In this document: positions 49,741-62,356 of the stretch, piece by piece | Layout: each line of letters starts with the position of its first letter | Position numbering within the stretch: the first letter of the stretch is position 1 | Origin: Chiloscyllium plagiosum | Taxonomy: Eukaryota | NCBI RefSeq assembly: GCF_004010195.1 | Contig: NC_057719.1 | Span: forward strand, 10,907,974-10,971,973 | Direction of reading: 5' to 3' | Length of the DNA: 64,000 bases | Notes under the pieces: generated by a model | What the model saw: the letters and a program-made list of their open reading frames with translations, nothing else | What the model was told of the DNA's origin: nothing | The model's database searches: none | Translations under genes and position numbers: made by a program

Positions 49741-51049
49741 TCTGATACCCCACACTACCCTAGCTGAATGTTGCTGTGGGGTGGGAAGTGGGGAGAGGAG
49801 ATGGTAATTAAGATTCTTCAGGGTTTCACTGCATCACTAACATAGCAGAGAGGATCCTATCAAAATTTCAAACACGGTGTGAGAAAAGATTAATATCTTC
49901 CATTGGAAAAGTCAAAGAAAACTTCTGTATCACTGGCCATGCTGTATGCACATAGCGAGTGGGGGGAACCTTCCAGCTTCCAGTCAGAGTTAAGAGAAAC
50001 ACACTATCTTATGAAGACAAAGCCTGTTAAATGAATCTGCAGCTCTGAACAACTGATAGGGTGCAGTAGGGCTGGGAAGTACAGGGATGAACAGTTTAGG
50101 GGTTGATCTCTGTGCGTTGTATTTTCACTACTCCCTGGTCAAATTTGACAGTTTCAATCAGAGTGTAAGGATATGGTAACTGATCCACCAACAGCATCTG
50201 GCACATAAAGATGTGGGAAAGGCCAAACAAAGGCTAGATTTTTTTTTGTCGTTGTTGCTGATCCACAACAGACTGCCTGGTATTTTCTTGTGGTTCTGAA
50301 AGGTCTCTAGTATAGTTCGCAAGGAGTTTCAGTTTGCACTTTGAAAGTGGAGTGCTGTCTCACCTGGAGCAATATAGTAATTAAACTTACAAGAGATGGC
50401 GACGGGCTGCTCTGCGGATTACACAGCCAGCAGTTGGAAGTGTCAATCACGGAGATTGGGAACTGAACTGAAGATTTGAAGTGGTTTGTGGACTGAGGGA
50501 GGATTTAAGGTGATGAACTGGTTCAAGACTTGTGTGCGATCAATGCAAATGCGAAGTCCTAAGTTTAGCCATGTGTGAAGAACTCACAAATGGGAGTTTT
50601 AGAGTGGGGAACAAATTGTGAGCAAATTGGTTTTAATTTCTGTGACATGAATGCATACATACATGCAAGTGAAATCATCCTGTTAACGGTATAAACATGG
50701 AACTCTTCTGCCCATATATTAACTAGCAACTATTCAATCACCCACCCTGTCTTTCTTGCCTGACAATAACTCGCAATCTTTGTATGCTTCCATTTTAAAA
50801 TTCTGATCGAGTTGAAATCCGTCCGTGCCCCTGTAATCTGCTCCATCCCACTGCTCTTCTCATCACCGAGTTCCTCAAACTCTGATAGTTACCTCTCCAT
50901 TCAGATCGTTACAATATTGGTAGCTATGCCCCACCTGCCTATGTTTCTGTACTAAGCACTGGAATCTGCCTCTTCGCCTTTCCAGCACTGCCTAAAACCT
51001 ATTTCTGTGACCAAGATTTCAGTCACCCCTACAAATGATTCACTCAAAT

Positions 51050-51275
51050 AAAAGCAAAATACAATGGATACTGGAAATCTGAACCAAACACAGAGAATAC
51101 TGGAGAAACTCAGCAGGTCTGGCAGCATCGGTGAAGAAACAAAATTAACATTTCGCTTCTGATACATCTCTTCACCAGAACACTAAGTTCCGCAGAAAAA
51201 TCATACCAGACTCGATGCGTTAACTCTGTTTCTATTTTCACAAATGCAACGTTTCTCCAGCATTCTTTGTACTTG
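51050..51275. mobile_element. Palindromic family B insertion
   Basis: ctggagaaactcagcaggtctggcagcatc..gttaactctgtttc..gtttctccagcattct. Confidence 0.65.
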
Positions 51276-52059
51276 ATTCCACCTAAATTTTTCTTCCACG
51301 TGCTATCATTTTTCTTCATGTGAAATGTTCCACTATGTTTTTCTGTGTCAAAGGTGTGATAGATAATCGCAAGATATATTTTTTTAAAAATCTTTTCACA
51401 TTGGGTTCATACTGGATTTGATTGTTTGCATCCCACTCTTAGGCCTCTGGGGAACACAGAAGAGCAATGTGACCATTACAGATAACCAAAGACTGAACTT
51501 ACAGAGTGCAATTTGGAAAAGCAAAGGAAGAGTACAGCCTTTGAACTTCCTCTGAAGTTTAGTGGGAGCCCTGAGGCCACATGGAAACGTTATGTGGCAC
51601 TCTTCACAGCTGCTCTAATAACAACAGTATCCAACAACGATATCTTGTGGTTAGTCATTCAGATGGTTCGAAAACAGAAGAGGCACAACAGCCAAGAGGG
51701 ATTTGTGATGTACCCAAGGCTGACAAACAGTGGGCACAAATTCCAAATACAGTCCCAGACAATTTTAAAATAAAAAACGAATGAAAATGAACTGATTTTT
51801 TTTTCTTTGAGTAACAGATCATCAGGCAGAAAGATGCTTTGAAGCGGAAGGAAAAAAAATGAATTCTCAAATGGCGCAAAAGAGTGAGTTTCAACAAAAT
51901 TGGAAGCAAAAATGTTTGTGATTAAAACCGAATGCAAGACCCAAGTTTATTGTAAATTTCAAAATACTGCAAGTGGATGAAATGCAGTGTTATTGGAAAT
52001 GATGTGGCTGCCTACAGACCCTTACTCCACCAGTAAATAAACACTGACCCTTCAACATA

Positions 52060-52780
52060 GGTAACTCTCCTCGCTCATCTCGGAGCAAGTCAAAGGTCAG
52101 AAATTCTGTGCCAAGTAATTCACCTCTTGCATCTGCAAAGCCCATTTACCATCCACGTTGGGGGTAGGATGGAATACTTTCTCTTGTCCGGATGGATGCA
52201 ACTCCAAGAAGAAACTCAATGCCATCCAGGGCAAAGCAGCCCACTTGATTGGCACGACATTCAACATTCACTTCCTTGTGGGCGGCACGGTGGCACAGTG
52301 GTTAGCACTGCTGCCTCACAGCGCCAGAGACCCGGGTTCAATTCCCGCCTCAGGCGACTGACTGTGTGGAGTTTGCTCGGAGCAAGTCAAAGGTCAGAAA
52401 TCTGTGCCAAGTAATTCACCTCTTGCATCTGCAAAGCCCATTTACCATCCACGTTGGCGGTAGGATGGAATACTTTCTCTTGTCCGGATGGATGCAACTC
52501 CAAGAAGAAGCTCAATGCCATCTAGGGCAAAGCAGCCCACTTGATTGGCACGACATTCAACATTCACTTCCTTCAACACCGATGCACAGTGGCAGCAAAG
52601 TATACCATCTACAAGATACACTGCTACAGTTCAGCCAGACCCCTTCCACAGCACCTTTGGAATCTCCAATCTCTACTATTTAGAAGGACAAAAGCAGCAA
52701 ATACACAGAAACATCACCACCTGCAAGTTCCCCTCAAGTCACATGATGCTGACTAGGCACGATTCTGTAACTCCTTCACA
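52060..52780 (+). mobile_element. LINE family 2 3' fragment carrying a 199-bp tandem duplication
   Basis: KKLNAIQGKAAHLIGT; catcaccacctgcaagttcccctc. Confidence 0.75.
52278..52375 (+). mobile_element. HE1-like SINE 5' head only (98 bp)
   Basis: A box tggcacagtgg, B box ggttcaattcc; ends within the V-domain. Confidence 0.85.
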
Positions 52781-53039
52781 GTATACTGCAAATGGGCCAA
52801 ATGGAGAGTGTGTGTGTGTGTGTGTGTCTCATGGGTGTGGTGACAGAATTATTTTTCCGGTTAATTAGCGTTCACTTGGTAAAGAGAAGGAGGAGTGAAG
52901 TGAATAGGTTTCTTCTTGCTCAAGAACAAGAGTGACAAGTTCTGAAGCCCAATGGATTACACAGATAGAAAGATAACTCCAGGAAAAATCCTTACATTGA
53001 GCAAGAGTGAAGTCAGCCATAACTGTTACAACCACTCTG

Positions 53040-53190
53040 ACTTCTGAAATTAAAACCAAATACTGGAAATACTCAGTAGGTCTGGCGGGTGAGAGATAAA
53101 GAGTTAATCTTTCAGGATGGTGGCACATGAGTAGAGCTGATGAGTATTCTCAGCATTTTCTCTCCAGTCCTGTATTCTGATTTCTGAATA
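53040..53190. mobile_element. Old palindromic family B insertion
   Basis: ctggaaatactcagtaggtctggc..tgagtattctcagcattttc..ctgatttc. Confidence 0.55.
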
Positions 53191-53902
53191 GAGGATTTAA
53201 GGCTCACTGCAGACACTTGGTACAATCTAGGCTAACACTGCAGTACAGTTCTTGAGAGGCTACTGTATGTTTGGAGGTTACCTGCTGTTAAGTCCAGATT
53301 TGAATGTGTTTATTGGCAGATGAGATGTTAACCTGAGACTCTGAGTACCTTCTAAGGTAGCCATTAAAGATTCAATAGTACTCCTGCTTGAGGGAAAGTC
53401 GGGCAGCTCTCTCTGGTGTTCTGGCCAGTTATTTGCCCCTGAGATTATCCAGATATTATCGCATTGCTATTTGTGGGAACTTATTGCACTCAAATTGGCT
53501 GCAGCCATGCCCAGCATGACACCACCTGTCTTAACATGGAAATCAAAACGCTTCCCGGAGTAAGTTAGTTTCCGGTCCAGAAGTGAAGGTGAGCGACAAG
53601 CCTGAATCACTGTTCACTGTGTTCAATTACTCTTCATTCATTAGGGAACAGGTAATTATACAGGCGATTTCAATCATATTATTGTTTCTCTGTGTGTGTG
53701 CAGTTTAAGCTGGATTGGAACTTGACAGTAGTGTCAATATTTGCACAGCTCTGTAAACATCAAAATGAATTACAAGACGGCATTAACATAATCTACCCGG
53801 TGAAACATTTAACTTAAAGTTTCAAAAATGCTGTCACAATCCATTTGCATTTCTTATTGGACTACGATGTGAGGGCTGAATAAGTAGTAACAACTACTAC
53901 TG

Positions 53903-54200
53903 GGGCAGCATGGTGGCTCAGTGGTTTGCACTGCTGTTTCACAGTGTTGCTTCACCCCTTGGGCAACTGTCTGTGTGGAGTTTGCACATTCTCCCTGCGT
54001 CTGCGTGGGTTTCCTCCAGGTGATCCTGTTTCCTCCCATAGTCCAAAGATGTGCAAGTTAGGTACATTGGCCATGAGAAATGCAGGGTTACAAGGATAGG
54101 GGGTGGGGGAGAGGGGTGAGTCTGGGTGGGATGCTCTCCGGAGATTCGGTGCAGACTTGTTGAGCTGAATGGCCTGTTTTCGCACTGTAGAGATTCTATG
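53903..54200 (+). mobile_element. HE1-like V-SINE
   Basis: Head, V-domain and tail as in 17996-18261. Confidence 0.85.
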
Positions 54201-54693
54201 AACAATAATTTTCTATTTTTCCAGCACAAGCAAAACCAAACTTTGTTTTGTTTGGAAATAGTTGTGAATTATTAAAGGCTTCTGATTCAGAAAGACTGCT
54301 GTATGTCTCACATACAGCAAAGCCTTCTTGAACCTGAGGTACATCTGACCAGCAATACTTAGCAAAGCACACAACGTGTGGCAGAGTGACACAGCACAAG
54401 GCCTCATCTGAATGATGGCTCTGCAGCAGAGCACCTGATTTTTCTAGTACTCCTGATCTGAACTGAGCAACCTAAACCACCAACCTTACACTTATCGTTT
54501 CAATAGAAATCATACAACAGTATTAGAAAAAAGGTACATTTCATGGAGGCTTTTTGTCTTGCAGTCATCAGGACATTTTTGCAATAATACACCGGTGTAA
54601 ATGATAGTTTCCCACTTTAATTTGCATTCGCCACGGTGAGTGCGGGACAAAAAACTTCCACAAAATGTGCCTTTTTTCAGCAATTCTGTACTA

Positions 54694-55139
54694 CCAAACG
54701 ATGGTTAAAGTTAGAAAAGTTCAGCCTAACAGAAGAAAAGAACTTGCCTTTATATAGCACCCTTCACAACACTGGGATGCCCAAACCTTTTTCTCGTCAA
54801 ATCAATTATGGTCACTGTTCTGATGTAGCCACTGTTGTGATATAGGAAATTCAGAAAGCCAATGTGTGCACAGTAAGCTCCCACAAATGGCAATGGAGAT
54901 AAACAGCCGCCTACTTTAGGTGCTTCCTGAAGGATAATATATTTTGCCAGAAAACTGAGAGAAATCTTATGCTCTTCTCTGAAAAGTGCAAAGGAAAACT
55001 GGAAGGGATATCAGACTCCTGTGACGTTGGACTCTCATAACACAGGAAGGACTTTTCTGAATACATCATGTGGCTCCTCTAACTCTCCCACCATGAAAAT
55101 ACACTGTGCTTAACATAATTTTATGATATACAACACATA
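54694..55139 (+). repeat. Left copy of a local inverted duplication (partner 57262-57670)
   Basis: Direct reverse-complement match. Confidence 0.93.
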
Positions 55140-55319
55140 TGTCTGCTTTGCTGTAATGCAATTGCTAACAAATTTGCAGGATTGTAGAGAGTTCAGAGCA
55201 TGGTTTTAATGAACAAGCAGTTTTATGCAAATAAAGAGAAAATAATGTTCCTGTAATAAGAAACAAAGACTGTATTGTGCTTTTCTCAACTTGAGGACAT
55301 CCCAAAGCAGCTTCATATA

Positions 55320-55657
55320 GTCCCTACAGTGTGGAAACAAACCATTCAGCCCATCACATCCACACTGACTCTCCGAAGAGCATTACACCCAGATTCACTG
55401 CCCCCCCCTCCCAACCCCCTTACTCTATCCTGGAACCTTGTGTTTCCCATGGCTAAACTATACATCCCTGGACACATTGAGCAATTTAATATGACCTATC
55501 CAGCTAACCTGTACATCTTTGGACTATGGGAGGAAACCAGAGCACCAAGCAGAATCTCATGTGGACACGAGAACAATGTGCAAACTCCACACAGACAGTT
55601 GCCCGAGGCTGGAATTCAACCCTAGCACGGTGCTAACTACTGAGCCACTGTGCCACC
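55320..55657 (-). mobile_element. HE1-like V-SINE
   Basis: tgcaaactccacacagacagttgcccgagg..gctaactactgagccactgtgcc. Confidence 0.8.
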
Positions 55658-55734
55658 AAGGTTACAGCCTATTATATCATGTCATGTTCACCCATTGTTG
55701 CAATGTGGGAAACTCATTAAGTCCATTCCTTCCT

Positions 55735-56070
55735 TCATTTATTCATGGGAATGGGTATCACTGCCTATTGCTAATTGTCCATTGATCGTAGTAGCTTGCT
55801 AGGGCTGCTTCAGAGGGCAGTTAAGAGTCAACCAGATTGCTGTGAGTCTGGAGTTACCTGTAGGCCACACCAGCAGATTTCCTTCCCTAAAGGACATCAG
55901 TGACCCAAACTGCTTTTACAACAAGTGATGATAATTGTCATGGCACCATCACTGATGCAAGGTTTATCTTCCAGATGTTTTGTTGAATTTGAATCTCACC
56001 AGCTGCTCTGGCGTGAACCAATGTCCAAATCTCCAAATTATTTGCCCAGTGACATTACTATCACACTACC
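55735..56070 (-). mobile_element. tRNA-derived SINE (LINE-family-2 partner), longer junction variant
   Basis: gcttgctagggctgcttcagagggcagttaagagtcaacc. Confidence 0.7.
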
Positions 56071-56743
56071 AGCAAAATTAAAATGACAAAGTTATGCAAA
56101 ATTATTGATATAACAGTGAACACTTACAAAGTGCTGTAAAGCCAATGATGGACTAAATAAATTGTAATCAATGCTGTAATATACGACATGCAAACAGTCA
56201 ATTTGCTCAAAGCAAGCTCTGTCAACAGAACTGAAATAATAGACCAGATTAACTGTCTTCTTGATGTCAGTTGAGGGATGAATATTGACTACCACAACAA
56301 AGAGTACTGCCCTTCTTCACACAGTGCCATAAGATCTTTTACATTCACCAGAGAGAGAAAATGGCCCCTTGGTTTAAAGTGTCATACAAAAAGTATTCCT
56401 CTCACACTGCAATGCTGCATTGATGGAATAATCTAGATCAGGAGCTCAAGTTCTCTCCTGTAGAATTTGATTCACAGGGAAAAAGAGACTGAAGGGTCCA
56501 AATTATACTGTCTGAGTCCTCAGTGCTTTTTGTAAAAACACCATCTCATCCTTCATTGATTTTGTGCATCACCTGTTCTGGAATATGGGAGCAGAAGCAC
56601 TGCACAGTGTCCTAAGGGTCTAACCAAGTTTCTATGCAAGTTTAACATTTCAATTCTATTCCTCAAGAGGGGGAAACTCGAAGGAACATTGAGAACAAAG
56701 CAAACAAAAGCAAGTAGAGAATATAAGGAATGTATTAATGTTA

Positions 56744-57176
56744 AAGAGTCATACAGCACAGAAACAGACTCTTTGGTCCAACCAGTCCATTCTGAACATA
56801 ATCCCAAACTAAGCCAGTCTTACCTGCCTGCTCCTGGCTTATATCCCTCTAAACCTTTCCTATTCATGTATTTCTCCAAATGTTTTTTTTAAACATTGTA
56901 ATTGTGCCTGCATCCACCACTTCCTCAGGAAGTTCATTCCACATGTGAACTACCCTCTGTGTAAAATAAATTGCCCCTCATGTCTTATTTAAATTTCTCT
57001 ACTCTCACCTGGAAAATGCGCCCCTACTCTTGAAATCCTCCATCTTGGGGGAAAAAAAACACCTCCCATTAACCCTATCTATACCCCTCATGATTTTATA
57101 TAAGGCCATCTCTCAATCTCCAGTGAACCAAGTCCCAGCCTATCCAGCCTTTCTTTGTTACTCAAACCTTCCATAC
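56744..57176 (-). mobile_element. HER1/CR1 LINE 3' end
   Basis: gagtcatacagcacagaaacagactctttggtccaacc.. Confidence 0.82.
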
Positions 57177-57261
57177 CTTTCTTTGGGCAGAGAAAAAGTA
57201 AAAAATATTGTCCTAAGCTGCGCTGAATCTTCAGCCCTGATTGTACTTTGTGGGTGAGTTT

Positions 57262-57670
57262 TATGTGTTGTATATCATAAAATTATGTTAAGCACAGTGT
57301 ATTTTCATGGAGAGAGAGTTAGAGGAGCCACATGATGTATTCAGAAAAATCCTTCCTGTGTTATGAGAGTCCATCGTCACAGGAGTCTGATATCCCTTCC
57401 AGTTTTTCTTTGCACTTTTCAGAGAAGAGCATAAGATTTCTCTCAGTTTTCTGGCAAAAAATATCATCCTTCAGGAAGCACCTAAAGTAGACGGCTGTTT
57501 ATCTCCATTGCCATTTGTTGGAGCTTACTGTGCACACATTGGCTACATCAGAACATAATTGATTTGACAAGAAAAAAGCTTGGGCATCCCAATGTTGTGA
57601 AGGGTGCTATATAAAGGCAAGTTATTTTCTTCTGTTAGGCTGAACTTTTCTAACTTTAACCATCGTTTGG
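57262..57670 (-). repeat. Right (inverted) copy of 54694-55139
   Basis: Reverse-complement match with 7-bp and 30-bp deletions. Confidence 0.93.
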
Positions 57671-58852
57671 GGTGGGCAGGGTTGGAGTGAAACTAGTGAT
57701 CAGCTTGTAAGCCCACAGTGGAGTGAAGCCAGCTTTAATATCTGGGTGTCATTGCCATCTCCTGTATGAATCACCCACCTAATCTCACAGGTAGTGAGGA
57801 AGCAGCAGGACTTCAAGATATCTTGACTCGATACTGTAATAATACAGTAATGTAGCAGTCAGGGCAGGCTGAGGTGAGGAGGAAGAGTAGGTCCTGACTC
57901 CATTGTCAGGCCAAGAGCACACTTCCTCCTCCCAGTCCAATGACGGAAGCCTTTTGGAAAACAAAAGGTGGGAAATTGGCCATCCCAAGTCCTTAGCAGG
58001 TTGGTTTCCCTGAAGAAACCCACAATAGGTGACGACCAAATGGGAAGCTGCACCTTGCTATCCAAGTGCCATCATCAGAACTTGAACATTTTGGGGATTC
58101 TTATGCATTCCAAAAACCTGCTACAGAAATGGTGTGGGTCAAAGGAAAGAATGCCCCCTCCATTTTGGCCACGCACACGTCCCATTCACCTCAGGCTCTG
58201 ATGGGCATAGACCAAACCTTTCAACTACACGTTCAGCAAATTAAACATCAGGGGACTGTTTCAGATTGCAGTGCGAGGTGTTGGGGCTGTATGTTAAACT
58301 AAAGAGATCATCAATCATTAATGCTAGTACAACTCCCATTAATGACCTTAGCTGACTGAATCCAATGATTTGAATTAATTTGTGAATACATTTTCAAAAC
58401 TTCACAACAGCTTTTGTTTCATAGTGGGACAGCAGAAATAGCGATGCATGTTTTTTTTCCTTGCTTCAGTTTGTTTTTCAATTCTAACAATTGCTCTAAA
58501 ATAGCTGAGATCATCAGTCAGCCGCAGTATCAAGAGACTGCCCGCGTCACCAGTTTGTTAATGATGGCTTAATGTGATAGAAAAAACATTCTGCCCTTTC
58601 GACTTCAAAGTCAGTCAAGTACATGGACTCAAATAACAAAAAAAACCCAAAGCCCCAGGGTACAGACTTTACAGTTTTTAAGGGGCTAGATCCTGATTTC
58701 TTTGTGGTTTCTTTTTTGGTAGACCGGGATTAAATTTTGTTAAGTATTATTACTTATAGGAAATGGTGATTATTCTAACTTTCATGAATTTCTCTCCCCC
58801 GCTTTTATATAATAATCTATCAGAATGGCTGATGACTGATCTTCTGTACTCT

Positions 58853-58886
<34 letters not shown>

Positions 58887-59859
58887 GTGGGTCATCTCCC
58901 ACATCAGGAGCACATAATTTCTGCTTGAAGTGCTTAACAGAAGGAGTGCGACACTGCCAGTAAAGTTGCTAGTGAAGCAACAGGCACAACACTTTGACAA
59001 AAGCCTGATGCTCAAGGACCAGTTGTGTTTCTCATTTTGCTTCAGGTACCAACACCCTTCAACTCTGGTGCCTGCTACCTTCAACTTACTCCTGATGCAC
59101 TACCACTGCCAAAGTAGAATTGTCATCCTTGTGTTTAAATTCCATAATGACATTTCCTCATTCAATCTTTTATCTCCAAAGATCTACAACTCCACTCGAA
59201 TCCTCTGGTCTTCTGAGGCCAGTCTCTTTTACACCCTGCCCTTCCAGTGCCCCACCATTAACTGCTGCCAAGACTGGGTCCCAAGACTGGGAATGTCCTC
59301 CACAATACCTCTCCATCTCTACTTTAGATCTTTCAGACCTTCTTTAAAACCCAACTCATTGACCAATCCTTTGGTGTGACATTTATATCTTCCTTTATGT
59401 TTATGCAAAGTCCCCAGGGATATCTCTCTCCATTAAATGTGTTTTAGAAACACTTTGCTGTTGTTGCATCCGCTCAAAAGGGTTCTGGAATTTTGACAAA
59501 ATCAAGAAAGGGGAAAAACTGGGTGAGTTTGGGGTCTGTGTGCTGATGGCCACACCTTTCTGGGTCCCTAAGATTTCCAAACGGCAGTGATTTTCCTCAG
59601 AGCTGTACTGACCCCACTGGTGGAAATGACCATTAATGTCCATTAATGTGTAATTCCAGGGATTTGATACTAAATGGATTCAAGGTGGCACAGACGCAGA
59701 CAACTTTTTGCAAGCTCTCTACAGCAGATCTTATTCTCACATTTCTTAAAATCATTCTGCACATTTAAATCTCAGTTCTAAGTCTGTAAGAATTACTAAC
59801 AATATTCACCTTCTTTGCAGCCGCAACTTTCCATTCTTCCCTCTGTCCAATCACCCTAT

Positions 59860-59952
59860 GATCTTTGTATGATATGATCTGCCTGTACTGCATGCAAAAC
59901 AAAACTTCGCACTGTACTTAGGTACATGTGACAATAATAAATCAAATCAAAT
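59860..59952 (+). mobile_element. LINE 3' tail with (TCAAA)n end, possibly Rex1/Babar-like
   Basis: cactgtacttaggtacatgtgacaataataaatcaaatcaaat; a similar end occurs at ~44100-44145. Confidence 0.45.
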
Positions 59953-60117
59953 TCTCTCTTTGCAAGTGTGCAAGGGGCCCAGTGGTAGAAAGCGATTTCC
60001 TCCAATTTACTTTAGATTGGCTTGTTTCTTAATATTTTTCAGGTCAACAGTTTTGACGATGGTTGTCCCTTCATTGCCAGTTATATGACAGTTGGTTTCC
60101 CCCATTGGAAAATAACA

Positions 60118-60960
60118 GCACAGTGGTAACATTAATGGTTCAGCAATTCAGAGGCACGATTACTGCTCTGGGAATACAAGTTCAAACCCCATCATGGCAG
60201 CTGAGGTGATGTCATTTGACAAATCTAGAGTGAAAAACTCAAGTCAGAGTGACCATGAAACAATCAGGAATGTGGTTGACTCTTAACTTCCCTCTGGATA
60301 GGCCTAGCATGTCACAAAGCTGGATCAACTGCCCCAGAAGAATCAAGAAGGAATTAAGTTAGATAGATCACTGGCATTGGCTCAGGCACCAGAAATGGTG
60401 GCAGCATACCCTCCCCAGTCCACGCTGTGAAGTCTTCCTCGTTTTTATCCGGGACCTTTGGCTAAAATTGGGCAAGCTGTCCCACAGTCTGGTGAAGCAA
60501 CAGCCTGACATAGTCACGCTCACCAAATCATACCTTACAATGTCTGAAACTGCACCAGCACCTGGCAAAAAAACGCATAACGTACAGAATGTTTTTGAGA
60601 TATAGTTGTTAGGGCTAAAGGGATCCAAAAAGAATGTGGAGGAAGTAAGAACAGGGTGCAGAGTTGAATGATCAGCCATGATCATATTGAATGATGAAGC
60701 AGGCTCAAAAGGCCAAATGGCCTACTTCTGTTCCTATTTTCTATGTTTCTATGCTTTGGCAGCAAAACAGTCTGGCATTAATACTGAAGATTAAGCCAGA
60801 CATAGCTGGACCTCTAACCAAGCTGTTTGAGTCGAGTTCCAACACTGGTATCTACTTGCCAATGTGGTGAATTTCCAAGTATGAATTGCCTCTGGAAAGC
60901 AGGGCAAATCCAACCAGCCTATTACTGCCACATCAGTCAATTATCAATCATTAGCAAAGT
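60118..60960 (+). mobile_element. LINE family 2 with tRNA-like head, APE start and RT-proximal piece; CR1 tail inserted at ~60590-60752
   Basis: cacagtggtaa..agttcaaacccc head; KLGKLSHSLVKQQPDIVTLTKSYL; ILKIKPDIAGPLTKLFE. Confidence 0.75.
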
Positions 60961-61008
60961 CTTCCTATTGCCATAAATGTAAAATCTTGCACTTATTCAG
61001 CACATTAT

Positions 61009-61238
61009 TGAAATAACTCCACAGAGTCTGATACCCCATCACCAAATCACACTTTATTTACACATGGAGAGGCCTTGACACTAATCCAGTTCCCTCAGAG
61101 CGAGCTCTCAGAGTGAAGAGGATGTCTGGCACTCCTTTACTATCAGCCAGGGCTTCTCGAGTGGATCAGATTAACAGCCCCAATAAAGGAACTCATATTC
61201 TATGAGGTCCATCTGGCTGACCTTATTATAATCACAAC
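61009..61238 (-). mobile_element. Putative short solo LTR
   Basis: Minus strand gttgtgattataat..gtgtaAATAAAgtg..ggagttatttCA; ~230 bp; no clear TSD. Confidence 0.4.
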
Positions 61239-61954
61239 TCTTTTATTACTGAATGTCCTCTTTATTGCCAATTAGGTGTGGTCCCAGAAATAACATAGGA
61301 AACACAGTGAGCTTTCTCACACAGCAATGTGATTCGATCAGATAATATGTTTTAATGTTTGATTGAGGGATAAATGTTAGCCAGGACAATGGGTGTAGCT
61401 ACTCTGTTCATCTTCAAAATAGTGCCTGAGGATTCCTTTCCATCCACCCAGAACAGCAGAAAGGGTCTCATTTCAAATTTCATCTGAAACCTTTTGGCAC
61501 TTCAGACTGTGCAGCACTCCTTCAATACCGCATTGGAGTGTCAGCCTTGATTTTGCGCTCAAATCCAGCTGAGAAACTTTACCTTTCTCACTCAGAAGCA
61601 ATAACACTGCCCAATAGCTAAGGCTGACACAAGTCCAAATTTGACTATTTGCTCTTTTCTTAATTTATCTCTAACTGAATCCAATCCTTTGTCTGCAATA
61701 CTTCCAGCCTTACATTCCAGTATGCACCTATCTTCCACTATTCCTGCTCTTTCAATTATCAGTGTCTAATCTTTACGCAAATACAGAAGGAGGCATCTTA
61801 ATTTCAGGAAACATCTCACCATCAACACTGTTGGTTAGCTCAGAAATCAACAAAACCTCTTTTCTTAAAAGGTCACTGCCCATGGAGTTGGCTCCAGTGT
61901 CTTTCTAACATTTGCTTGAAGGAAATGTGTGAATGGTCATCACAGTCGTATGTG

Positions 61955-62297
61955 GGGTGGTACGGTGGCTCAGTGGTTAGCACTGCTACCTCACAGTGCC
62001 AGGGACCCGGGTTCAATTCCAGCCTCGAGTGACTGCCTGTGTGGCATTTGCACGTGCTCCCTGTGTCTGCATGGGTTTCCTCTGGGTGCTCCGGTTTCCT
62101 CCCACAGTCTAAAGATGTGTAAGTTAGGTGGATTGGCCATGTTAAATTACCCACAGTGTTCAGAGATGTTTAGGTGAAGTGCATTAGCCATGGGGAATGC
62201 AGAGTTAAAGGGATAGAGTAGGGGGATGGGTCTGGGTGGGATGCTCTTCGGTGGGTTGGTGTGGACTTGTTGGGTCGAATGGTCTGTGGGGATTCTA
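61955..62297 (+). mobile_element. HE1-like V-SINE, near full length
   Basis: A box tggctcagtgg, B box ggttcaattcc, V-domain and tail. Confidence 0.88.
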
Positions 62298-62356
62298 TAT
62301 AAAAAATATTGAACCATGCAGATGTGCTATTCATAAATAAAACCAGACTGTAAATT

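Noticed and set aside
52280..52352. tRNA gene
   Set aside because: The A/B boxes belong to a SINE head that continues into the V-domain, and there is no proper acceptor stem.
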